Source of the DNA: an uncultured Bdellovibrio sp.
Lineage (GTDB): Bacteria; Bdellovibrionota; Bdellovibrionia; Bdellovibrionales; Bdellovibrionaceae
Length of the DNA stretch: 64,000 bases
Direction of reading: 5' to 3'
Assembly (NCBI GenBank): GCA_963932905.1
Contig: CAWVRN010000001.1
Location: forward strand, 64,001 to 128,000
The position numbers were made by a program, and so were the translations under genes. Every line of letters begins with the position of its first letter. The stretch's first letter is position 1. This document shows, piece after piece, positions 9,608-18,396 of this stretch. The notes under the pieces were generated by a model. It was not told the origin of the DNA. It saw only the letters and a program-made list of their open reading frames with translations, and searched no databases.

Positions 9608-11065
9608 TTGAAGCCGACTCGTTTGCGTATTAAACTTTTCGCTCTAGCAATGCTGTTTTTATCAGCTGCGTTTTCAAAACAAACTCTTAGACCTCTTAAT
9701 TCTGGTGACCTGGATCAACAATTTCAGAAGTCGATTTACTTCTTACTAAAGAACACGTCGCCGGCGGATGGCGTTCGGGGTTCAGTGATCGCAGCTCCTT
9801 CGCGCAATCATCCAGATTACTATTACCACTGGGTTCGTGATGCCGCTCTGGTTACAGAATCACTTCTGAATTTGTACATAGATCCTCGCTATAATAATTC
9901 TTCACTGAAAGCAAAAATTAGGTCTTTCTTACTTGATCACATAAAATTCAACTCGAAAATCCAGATATCAAGCCAATCTGCTAACGGATTGGGCGAGCCT
10001 AAATTTTGGGTAACGGGTCTTCCTTTCACAGGCCCGTGGGGTCGTCCTCAAAATGATGGACCCGCATTACGTTCTATCAATCACGCACGTATTTTAGATA
10101 TCGCTCTTCGTGAAAAATGGCCGGAAGCTGGTCAATTAGTTCCGTTCTTGTATGCTGCTAAAATTCCGGCGGATTCTTTAATCAAAAGAGACACTGAATT
10201 CGTAGCCCATCATTGGCGTGAACCAAACTTTGACCTGTGGGAAGAAGTTTACGGAATGCACTTCTACACTTTGCTAGCACAAAGAAAGGCTATGTTGTAC
10301 GGCGCTTCGGTAGCGACAGCCTTTAAAGATCAAGGTGCCGCTCAGTTTTACCATACACAAGCGACGCAAATTACAAACACACTTGAAAGTTTTTGGAATC
10401 AAGGCAAAGGCTTTATAGAAGCCACTAAGTTTCTTCAACGTGGCCGCAGCAAATCCCACCTAGATTCTGCAGTTCTACTTGGCGTTCTTCATTCCGAAGT
10501 AGAAGGTACCCGTTTTTCTGTTACTGACCCGCGAGTGATGGCGACTTATTTAAGTTTAAAAAATTCGTTTAATTTGATCTATACAATCAACAAAAATGTC
10601 GCGTATGGAACGGCGATTGGTCGTTATCCAGAAGATACGTATGATGGCTACGTAACTAACTCTCGCGGTAACCCGTGGGTGTTATCAACAGCGGCAGGTG
10701 CTGAATATTTGTATCGCTTGATGGTTAGCTATTTAAAACTAAAACAGATTCAAATTAACGATTACAACAAAGCCTACTTTGCTAGCTTAAGCGGTAATAC
10801 ACAATTGAAATCTGGACAGATTCTATCTCCGGTCGATCGTACTTATTCGTCAATCATCAAAGGTCTTTTCATCGAAGCGGATGGGTACCTATCTCGTATC
10901 TTGTTCCATCGCAATGCGGATGGTTCTTTATCGGAGCAAATGAATCGCGAGAGTGGTTACATGCAAGGTGCTCCCAATTTAACTTGGAGCCATGCTAGTT
11001 TCATCACGGCAAAATTGCGTCGTGACGAAGCTATCACTGTAGGTCGCGCGTATCTTAAAAGATAA
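9608..11065 (+). CDS. Glucoamylase (GH15), secreted
   Basis: YYYHWVRDAAL, GLGEPKF, WGRPQNDGPALR, DLWEE, GRYPED, LSEQ, LTWS; N-terminal hydrophobic leader. Confidence 0.93.
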   Translation: MKPTRLRIKLFALAMLFLSAAFSKQTLRPLNSGDLDQQFQKSIYFLLKNTSPADGVRGSVIAAPSRNHPDYYYHWVRDAALVTESLLNLYIDPRYNNSSLKAKIRSFLLDHIKFNSKIQISSQSANGLGEPKFWVTGLPFTGPWGRPQNDGPALRSINHARILDIALREKWPEAGQLVPFLYAAKIPADSLIKRDTEFVAHHWREPNFDLWEEVYGMHFYTLLAQRKAMLYGASVATAFKDQGAAQFYHTQATQITNTLESFWNQGKGFIEATKFLQRGRSKSHLDSAVLLGVLHSEVEGTRFSVTDPRVMATYLSLKNSFNLIYTINKNVAYGTAIGRYPEDTYDGYVTNSRGNPWVLSTAAGAEYLYRLMVSYLKLKQIQINDYNKAYFASLSGNTQLKSGQILSPVDRTYSSIIKGLFIEADGYLSRILFHRNADGSLSEQMNRESGYMQGAPNLTWSHASFITAKLRRDEAITVGRAYLKR

Positions 11066-11066
11066 T

Positions 11067-11222
11067 TTTGAAGCAGCTTCGTTAGTTCATAAAGTGGGCG
11101 AAGTTTTCTTCAGTGGTGGTTTAGCAATATTCGAACAACTTCCCGTTATCTTTGCAATGGGTGTTGCCATTGGGTTCACGGCAGGTGCTGGGGCTGCGGC
11201 TTTAGCAGCTGGTGCGGGTTAA
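11067..11222 (+). pseudogene. Fragment of a glucose/GlcNAc-family PTS EIIC permease
   Basis: My translation: FEAASLVHKVGEVFFSGGLAIFEQLPVIFAMGVAIGFTAGAGAAALAAGAG*; resembles PtsG/NagE IF..LP..FA.GVA.G..G.AALA; no obvious start. Confidence 0.75.
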
Positions 11223-11875
11223 TAAACGCATCATTTTGCGCACCCTTGATATAGGCGGCGATAAAGTGATTTCGTATTTAGATTTGGAAAAAGAAGAAAA
11301 TCCATTCCTTGGCGTACGGGGAATCCGCTTGTGTTTGAAATACAAAGATTTATTCAAGGATCAATTACGTGCAGTCCTACGAGCCTCTGTTTATACATCG
11401 GACCTGGGAATCATGTTCCCGATGGTTTCGACGATCGAAGAGATAAAAGAAAGAAAAAAAATATTTGCTGAGGTTCAAAAAGAGCTCAGCCTTAAAAATA
11501 TTCCGTACAATAAAGACATTGAATTGGGTGTAATGATGGAAGTTCCATCACTAGGATTCATGTTAAAAGAAGTAGCAGCTGAAGTTTCATTTATTTAGCA
11601 TTGGTACAAATGATTTATTCCAGTACTCAAATGCCTGTGATCGTATGAATGCGGATTTAGGTTCCATTTCATCGCCAAATCACCCTGGTTTTTTAAGATT
11701 TTTGAAGTTTATTATTCAAGAATCTAAAACTCATGGTTTGCATGTGGCCGTTTGTGGTTCCATCGCGCATCACCCGCAGATTATGCCGTTCTTAATTGAA
11801 TGTGGCGTAGATGATCTGAGCATGACGGCTCAGCATGTACTGGAAGCCCGCAAAGTTATCGCAAACCTTCCATAA
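11221..11875 (+). pseudogene. ptsI: C-terminal fragment of PTS enzyme I, frameshifted
   Basis: RTLDIGGDK, EENPFLGVRGIR, MFPMV, GVMMEVPS, then a +1 shift near 11593 (ttt-a-ttt-agc) continuing FSIGTNDLFQY..DRMN..VCG; N-terminal half missing. Confidence 0.88.
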
Positions 11876-12046
11876 GCTGAAAAGTACATCTTCGCTTCGA
11901 ATTAAACAAATAGCGTCACTGTCTATAGGATTTGCACTTAAAACTCATTAGAAATAACTGATCAGGATTCCTTTTTGCAGCGGAAAGAGGGCTTGTATGT
12001 GGAAATAGTAGTTATTGTTATTTTTTAAGTTTATCAGAGGTTTAAA

Positions 12047-12523
12047 ATGAAATTTAATATTTTGTGCATCTTATGTGTCATTTCCTTAAACTCATTTGCT
12101 GGGTTAAAAACAATGTCATTAAGTGATTTTAGTAAGATCGAGGATAAGTCTAGAGCTTATTCAACTGCGATTATCAAGTTCTCTCCCTATGTTAGTTTGC
12201 GGTATTACGAACCAGAAGCTAAGTGGGCAGCGGCTAATAGTACATTAGATATCGGCGAATATGTGAGCTCTATTAATAAAACTGAAAAGTTGGAGAACTA
12301 TACAATTAATCTATCTTATCGATGGGGAGATTCGAGACAAACAAGAAATCTTGTGACATGTGCCGAACTTGGATCAGCTCTCGCTTGCGAGGAAATGACA
12401 CAACAACTACTTAAAGCGGTGTTGAGCAAAAAATGTGAATTTATTTTTGTTCAAGCTCCTAAAAATCATAGAAATTTCACTGAAATATTCTGCGTTAAGC
12501 CTGCACGATCTTTATTTTTTTAA
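12047..12523 (+). CDS. Hypothetical secreted protein
   Basis: RBS GAGG; signal peptide ending NSFA; several Cys; no recognised family. Confidence 0.65.
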   Translation: MKFNILCILCVISLNSFAGLKTMSLSDFSKIEDKSRAYSTAIIKFSPYVSLRYYEPEAKWAAANSTLDIGEYVSSINKTEKLENYTINLSYRWGDSRQTRNLVTCAELGSALACEEMTQQLLKAVLSKKCEFIFVQAPKNHRNFTEIFCVKPARSLFF

Positions 12524-12615
12524 TGCTGACCTCCCTGATTGAGTAGATCCAAAAGTTAGACAGCTCCTCCCAGAGTAGAACTTAAAAGGATCAGCGTGTG
12601 ACGTTCTCTACATAT

Positions 12616-12644
12616 AAAAAAAGCACCTTTTGGGTGCTTTTTTT
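12616..12644. terminator. Bidirectional intrinsic terminator downstream of tRNA-Phe
   Basis: AAAAAAAGCACC-tttt-GGGTGCTTTTTTT. Confidence 0.85.
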
Positions 12645-12658
12645 CGCGTTTATTAAGA

Positions 12659-12734
<76 letters not shown>

Positions 12735-12785
12735 TCGGTTTTACTTGTCCGAAGTCAGTTAAGTAACCTTGCGGTAAATATCTTG

Positions 12786-13946
12786 TCAAGAGTTAAAAGC
12801 TTTTTCCAAATCCTTGATAAGATCGTCAATATCTTCGATTCCAACGGATAAACGGATCAAAGAATCATCGATTCCTAGCTCTTTACGCTTGTCAGCCGGA
12901 ACACTTGCATGGGTCATGATTGCCGGGTGCTCGATTAGCGATTCAACCCCGCCTAAACTTTCAGCTAAAGCAAAAATCTCTACACTTTCTAGAAATTTTC
13001 TAGCCGCCGGAAGGCCACCTTTGATGAAAAACGTGATCATTCCACCAAATCCTAGCATTTGGCGCTTAGCCAAATCATGCTGAGGATGTGATTTTAATCC
13101 TGGGTAAATAACTCGATCTACTTTAGGGTGGGACGACAAGAAATCAGCGACTTTCAAAGCGTTCGCTTCGTGCGCTTTCATACGCAGTGGCAATGTTTTT
13201 AAACTTCTTAATGCCAAAAATGAATCAAAAGGGCCTTGAATGGTCCCCATGGAATTACTTAAAAAAGCCATGCGTTCTGCAAGATCTGTCTTGTTGGTTA
13301 CGGCAATACCGCCGACCATATCCGAGTGACCGCCGATATACTTCGTAGCTGAATGAACAACAATGTCAGCGCCCAAATCAAGGGGGCGTTGGAAGTATGG
13401 ACTCATAAATGTATTATCTACGACGACCAAAATTCCTTTTTGGTGTGCGATTTTAGCAATAGTTTCGATGTCGGCTAGTTTCAATGTAGGATTCGTTGGA
13501 GTTTCAAGCCAAACCATTTTAGTCGTTGGCGTGATTGCGGCTTCAAAATTTTTAACTTGAGTTAAATCAACATACGAAAAATTTAAACCCATCGGACGCA
13601 AAACTTTATCAAATAGACGGAATGTACCACCGTACATATCGTCCATCGCGATAACGTGATCTGCATTTTTCAACAAAGCTAAAATAGTCGTAGTCGCAGC
13701 GCAACCCGAAGCAAATGCAAACCCGTGAGTTCCATTTTCCAAAGCCGCCATACAATTTTCATACGCTTTACGAGTGGGATTGTGAGTACGCGAATACTCC
13801 CAACCCTTATGTACACCCGGAGACTCTTGTACGTAAGTCGATGTTAAATAGACAGGAGTCATAATCGCCCCTGTCGTTGGGTCAGGTTGTTGACCGGCAT
13901 GAATTGCCTTTGTTGCAAACTTTACTTTAGTGTCTTTGTTTTTCAT
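12786..13946 (-). CDS. Cystathionine gamma-lyase/synthase (Cys/Met PLP family)
   Basis: YSRTHNPTR, FASG, ETPTNP, VDNTF, HSATKY, AESLGGVESL. Confidence 0.94.
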   Translation of the reverse strand: MKNKDTKVKFATKAIHAGQQPDPTTGAIMTPVYLTSTYVQESPGVHKGWEYSRTHNPTRKAYENCMAALENGTHGFAFASGCAATTTILALLKNADHVIAMDDMYGGTFRLFDKVLRPMGLNFSYVDLTQVKNFEAAITPTTKMVWLETPTNPTLKLADIETIAKIAHQKGILVVVDNTFMSPYFQRPLDLGADIVVHSATKYIGGHSDMVGGIAVTNKTDLAERMAFLSNSMGTIQGPFDSFLALRSLKTLPLRMKAHEANALKVADFLSSHPKVDRVIYPGLKSHPQHDLAKRQMLGFGGMITFFIKGGLPAARKFLESVEIFALAESLGGVESLIEHPAIMTHASVPADKRKELGIDDSLIRLSVGIEDIDDLIKDLEKAFNS

Positions 13947-13984
13947 GTAATACCTCTGAGGTTTAGCTGACTCTAATTTTCCGG

Positions 13985-15034
13985 CTAAATTCCAATTTCT
14001 TTATAATACGTTTGGTAGTCTTCAATTTTATTAAAAACTTTCCCAATTTCTTCTGCCGTTAAGAAACCGTTGTCGATCATCCATTTGTTGTTAAAGGCTT
14101 TGCTTAAATAAGCTTTTCCGCTATCAGGCAACATCACTAGGAAACGTTTCTTTTCTTTGATTTTTTTCCCATATTTAATAGCGCCTACAAGGGCCATCGC
14201 ACTGGACGGACCAACGCACAGCGATTCTTTTTGGATTAATTCGCGAGTCATTAAGAATGATTCTTTGTCATTTACACGCACAAAATCATCCATGTATTGA
14301 AGTTCCACATTTTCAGGTAAGAAATCTTCCCCAACGCCTTCGACTTTATACGATGCTGGCGGGTCGATAACTTTTTTATGATAAAATAAGTCATAAAGGA
14401 TACTTCCCACAGGATCTGCGCATACTATTTTAATAGTTGGGTTTTTTTCTTTTAAATATCGACCTACACCCGAAATAGTGCCGCCCGTTCCGGCTCCGGC
14501 AACAAAAACATCAAGTTTGCCGTCCATTTGTTCCCAAATTTCAGGACCTGTGGATCTATAGTGGCGCTCACGATTGTCGATATTGTGATATTGATTCGCG
14601 TAAAAACAATTTGGCGTATTATCCGCGATCTTTTTTGCCACATTCACGTAATAACGGGGGTCTGTTGGCTCAACCCCAGTAGGCGTAATCAAAACTTTGG
14701 CACCAAATGCAGCTAAAATCGCGCGTTTTTCTTCGCTAATCTTATCTGGCATGATGAAAATACATTTATAACCTTTGCTGGCGGCTACAAATGCCAATCC
14801 CAAACCTGTATTTCCTGAAGTGGCCTCCACAATTGTGCCGCCGGGTTTTAATTCCCCACGTTTTTCAGCGCCTTCAATCAATGCGATAGCAATGCGATCT
14901 TTTACGCTGCCACCAGGATTGAAATATTCAAGTTTCACATAAAAATCGTGAATTGAATCTTTAGTTATAGAGTTAAGTTTAATGACCGGCGTATTGCCGA
15001 TGGTTTCAATAATAGAGTTTTTAATCTTAGACAT
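13985..15034 (-). CDS. Cystathionine beta-synthase / cysteine synthase family
   Basis: IGNTP, KLEYFNPGGSVKDR, EATSGNTGLGLA, GTGGT, YKVEGVG. Confidence 0.93.
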   Translation of the reverse strand: MSKIKNSIIETIGNTPVIKLNSITKDSIHDFYVKLEYFNPGGSVKDRIAIALIEGAEKRGELKPGGTIVEATSGNTGLGLAFVAASKGYKCIFIMPDKISEEKRAILAAFGAKVLITPTGVEPTDPRYYVNVAKKIADNTPNCFYANQYHNIDNRERHYRSTGPEIWEQMDGKLDVFVAGAGTGGTISGVGRYLKEKNPTIKIVCADPVGSILYDLFYHKKVIDPPASYKVEGVGEDFLPENVELQYMDDFVRVNDKESFLMTRELIQKESLCVGPSSAMALVGAIKYGKKIKEKKRFLVMLPDSGKAYLSKAFNNKWMIDNGFLTAEEIGKVFNKIEDYQTYYKEIGI

Positions 15035-15288
15035 TACTCATTCATAGCTTGGCGATTTAAGGACTGCAACCGATTAAAAACGGTTCCTAGCTGTGTCGCC
15101 GAGTTCAATGAATAGGGGATTTTCAGAAATTTACAGTAATCGCGGACTTTGGCTTTATCGGGAGCATCTTTAATAAGCTCATCGACTAAAAGTCTGTAAG
15201 TTTCTAACTTAGACTCCACATCACGAAACGAAGAAGGGACTTTGTCGCCAGCAGATTTCAAAAGATTTTTCTCTTTGCTAAACACCAA
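15034..15288 (-). CDS. Hypothetical protein
   Basis: 84-aa ORF with its stop overlapping the downstream start. Confidence 0.55.
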   Translation of the reverse strand: MVFSKEKNLLKSAGDKVPSSFRDVESKLETYRLLVDELIKDAPDKAKVRDYCKFLKIPYSLNSATQLGTVFNRLQSLNRQAMNE

Positions 15289-15321
15289 ACTCGCCCCCCG
15301 ATGAGTCTATTTTCGCCTACT

Positions 15322-15771
15322 TCATCTTAAACTTTCAATAAAATTTTGCAACAGAGGTCCAAAAATTACAGTCAAGAGCGCGGGAAACTGGAAAAAAAGG
15401 ACGGGAATCATCACTAAGTAGGGAAGTTTAATTAACTTTTCTTGGATCTCACGTTCGCACGCCTGATAAATTTCGTGTTCAAGTATGAGAATCTGATTAT
15501 AGATGGGTTCTTTCCTAATCCCTTTTTCTAGCAACTGGAGCACTTGTCGACGATAAATGGATTTCAATCCAACAACATGATCATGCGTAGGCATCTGACG
15601 TTCGATTAAAATGAACCACTGACGTGTGGCCTTAACAAACATATGATTAGCAAATGCGTGGCCATTGTGTGCGCTGAGATAGCGTTTAATTCCATCTTGG
15701 ATAGATTTTCCTTTTTCAATACTGCTTTTCACATGCAACAACAGCTCGAGTGGCGGTGCTAAATCTTCCAT
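15322..15771 (-). CDS. TadC/T2SS-F-like membrane protein (short)
   Basis: Probable start MEDLAPP; C-term KLP...MIPVLFFQFPALLTVIFGP resembles TadC; overlaps the upstream TadB-like gene. Confidence 0.6.
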   Translation of the reverse strand: MEDLAPPLELLLHVKSSIEKGKSIQDGIKRYLSAHNGHAFANHMFVKATRQWFILIERQMPTHDHVVGLKSIYRRQVLQLLEKGIRKEPIYNQILILEHEIYQACEREIQEKLIKLPYLVMIPVLFFQFPALLTVIFGPLLQNFIESLR

Positions 15772-16529
15772 TTGTGATTCCTTTGCAAATAAAACAAACC
15801 TAGGCAACCAAATGTGAACCAAATAGTCGCCGGGAGAAGATATTTTAGAAATAGCTTTGTCTCATAGTTGGAATACGAAAAAAAACTGACCGCGAAGAAA
15901 ACAAAAATCAGAAATCCGGCTTGCACATTCATATTTAGTGCCACTTGTCTCGACCTATGTCTCAAATCTAGTCGCAATTTTATATTTCGGCGCAGTTTTT
16001 GAAGTTGCTCGAGCGTTTTAACTTGTGATGTTTGTACATACGACAGTTCTTCGGCCAAGTTTTTCAGTGTTGGTGACACGATTTTCGAAACATTTTGTCC
16101 CAAATTCACCGCACGGACCAAATCATGGAACTGACGACGTCGCCAACCATTCATATCTTCCAAAGACTTGTCCATGGCTGATCTTAAGGCGATGCCGGCA
16201 GACACGCCGAGAATAATTTTGTCCAAAAAATTCAAACTTTCTTTCTGCATTTCAGTTTCAAATAAACTTCGTGCCAAGTGCGGCAAAATTCTCGCGATAA
16301 CAATCAGAAAAAAATAAAGAAACCACACGATGACCGGACTTTCGAATGCAAAATGAGTCACTGTTAAAACAATTGATACTAAAAAATACATGACGATGTT
16401 GAAAAAAGATGTGCTGAGACCGAAATTAAAAAAGAATTCGTGAATCTCATGCTTTAGAATTAAAAATCCGAGAAGCGAAATCGAAAATGAAACAACCATT
16501 GATAGCATCATGAAAAAAAATCGTATCAA
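15759..16529 (-). CDS. TadB/T2SS-F-like membrane protein
   Basis: N-terminal TMs; FLDKIILGVSAGIALRSA resembles the T2SSF domain; two C-terminal TMs. Confidence 0.6.
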   Translation of the reverse strand: MIRFFFMMLSMVVSFSISLLGFLILKHEIHEFFFNFGLSTSFFNIVMYFLVSIVLTVTHFAFESPVIVWFLYFFLIVIARILPHLARSLFETEMQKESLNFLDKIILGVSAGIALRSAMDKSLEDMNGWRRRQFHDLVRAVNLGQNVSKIVSPTLKNLAEELSYVQTSQVKTLEQLQKLRRNIKLRLDLRHRSRQVALNMNVQAGFLIFVFFAVSFFSYSNYETKLFLKYLLPATIWFTFGCLGLFYLQRNHKWKI

Positions 16530-16554
16530 TTTCTGTGCAAGTGATTTTTTTTTG

Positions 16555-16588
16555 TTGACGAACTTTGTCGCATTGTGAAGACTATAAG
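16555..16588 (+). promoter_or_regulatory. Candidate sigma70 promoter of the microprotein gene
   Basis: TTGACG -35 after a T-tract; -10 candidate AAGACT at 17 bp spacing. Confidence 0.5.
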
Positions 16589-16650
16589 TATAGTTTTAAG
16601 TTTGTAGTGAATTAACACTACATCATTTTAATAATCTCCAGGAGGAGCAC

Positions 16651-16725
16651 ATGGCAAAGAAGAAAGCTGCAAAAAAAGCTACTAAGAAAAAAGCTACTAA
16701 AAAGAAAGCTTCTAAAAAAAGATAG
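16651..16725 (+). CDS. 24-aa Lys/Ala-rich basic microprotein (histone H1-tail-like)
   Basis: AGGAGGAG RBS; MAKKKAAKKATKKKATKKKASKKR*; own terminator; not in the ORF track. Confidence 0.82.
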   Translation: MAKKKAAKKATKKKATKKKASKKR

Positions 16726-16745
16726 TTAGCTCCGGCTAATAATCT

Positions 16746-16777
16746 AAAAACCCTCAGGTAACTGAGGGTTTTTTTTT
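16746..16777 (+). terminator. Intrinsic terminator (probably bidirectional)
   Basis: AAAAACCCTCAG-gtaa-CTGAGGGTTTTTTTTT. Confidence 0.9.
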
Positions 16778-16803
16778 GGTCGCGAACGGCCAGTTAAATA
16801 GAC

Positions 16804-17445
16804 TTAGAAGTAATAGATCGATCCCGCGGAAGCCGCTGGTAGCAGGGTTCCTGAGCTTGTGCTGTAAAGAAAATTAAATTCTAAAAATAAAGAATTTCCA
16901 ATCCATTCTGTGTCTAGTTGATTGTACTGAATCCCCAAATTCGCTAACAGAAAATCGACTCCGATTTTACCATTTCGCAAATCGTTTTTTGATAAAACTT
17001 GATCCAAAATATACGAGTTACCACGCAGATCTGTGTTGTCTGAATTGTACCAACGAGAATATCCGACTGTAATATAGGGAGATACAAACTGACTCTCGAA
17101 ACTTGTTTTCCAGCCCGCAAAAAACGTATTAAACCCATATCCATTACCAAAACCGACCTGCGCCGCGTTTTGTGCGTCAAAATTTATGTCAGCCACACCG
17201 CCAATTTGTCCAAAAATTCCCGCAAGTCCGATTCCGGCACCTAATTTCCGGTGATCACGCATCTCCCAATTCGAATTATAAGCAGATTGATAGTAGTTTT
17301 TTGATTTATAAGTCGATGAAGACGATGTTGATGTCTCATTTTGTGTCTTCGTTGATCGATTCGGAGTGATTTCCACCGTCGAAATTTCTTGAGCTAGAGT
17401 TAATTGAGTAAAAATCAGCGAGAAAATTAGAATTAATGTCTTCAC
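16804..17445 (-). CDS. Putative outer-membrane beta-barrel protein
   Basis: Signal peptide; Gly/aromatic alternating strands; C-terminal YYF; TTG start in the ORF track. Confidence 0.65.
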   Translation of the reverse strand: MKTLILIFSLIFTQLTLAQEISTVEITPNRSTKTQNETSTSSSSTYKSKNYYQSAYNSNWEMRDHRKLGAGIGLAGIFGQIGGVADINFDAQNAAQVGFGNGYGFNTFFAGWKTSFESQFVSPYITVGYSRWYNSDNTDLRGNSYILDQVLSKNDLRNGKIGVDFLLANLGIQYNQLDTEWIGNSLFLEFNFLYSTSSGTLLPAASAGSIYYF

Positions 17446-17657
17446 AGAAGATCCTTTTGTATAAGTATGGACTAAATTCCTGAGTTACCACCCATCTCTA
17501 ATCAAAATTTCCTGGAATCGTCCAGAACTTTTGACCGAGATTACGATCTCACGCATGAATTTAGTCACAAAAGGATCTTTTTGGCATCGAAATTGCCATT
17601 TTCGATTGCTTAAGGCACTCCCGATGCTTCAAACATTAAGAAAATAACTTTTTAGTA

Positions 17658-18290
17658 TTACTTTGAACAACCAGCAACAGTGCTATTCATTGCATTCACT
17701 GCATTTTGAGAACTGTAGTAATTCGGATACAGTTTCTCTAAACAACCGATGCTGCGTTTCTTTAGCTTTATCGCACCCTCAACGGCTTTATCAGCAGCGT
17801 TCACCGCGTTCATTCCAGAATAGTATTTTTCATACATAAATTTGATTAAAGGCAATTTTCCGCGCATACTTTTTACAGATCCTGCCGCCGCCTTATCCAT
17901 TGCGTTTACCGAATTCATACCACTGTAGTATTTTTCGAATAGGAACTTCATAACTTCCAAATCGACCCCCTCTTTACATGCAGTAGAGGCTTTATCTGCA
18001 GCAGCAGAAGAAGACATTCCTGAATAGTACTTTTGATAAGAAAAATCATAGCAAGCTACAAAATCCGCGCTGTTAGTGCCGCCACCAACGATCGATGAAT
18101 CCGACGTTAATAGTTCAATGGCCTCTCGAAGTTTAATTTCTGCTTCGTCGATTTTCTCCTGAGACACTTCAGACGTTTGAGCTACACTTTTAACGGTGTT
18201 TGCCAATTTAATTACTGTGGTAACATCACCCTCAGCCGCAAACAAAACCTGACCGACCAAAAGGCCGGTAATTACTAATTTTTTTATCAT
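17658..18290 (-). CDS. Secreted hypothetical protein with four ~35-aa repeats
   Basis: RBS GGGAG before MIKKLV; signal peptide; repeated KYYSGM....A.DKA. Confidence 0.75.
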   Translation of the reverse strand: MIKKLVITGLLVGQVLFAAEGDVTTVIKLANTVKSVAQTSEVSQEKIDEAEIKLREAIELLTSDSSIVGGGTNSADFVACYDFSYQKYYSGMSSSAAADKASTACKEGVDLEVMKFLFEKYYSGMNSVNAMDKAAAGSVKSMRGKLPLIKFMYEKYYSGMNAVNAADKAVEGAIKLKKRSIGCLEKLYPNYYSSQNAVNAMNSTVAGCSK

Positions 18291-18396
18291 GGATACTCCC
18301 CATTTTTTGATTTGAGGAGGCAACATAAGACGAAAACAGGCAAACAACCACTGTCCGAAAATCAGACGGTAAATACTTACATTTTAAAGCTTTAAA

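Noticed and set aside
11212..11875. Two separate small proteins, or programmed frameshifting, for the EI pieces
   Set aside because: They are consecutive parts of one domain split by a 1-nt insertion; no slippery site, and the N-terminal half is missing
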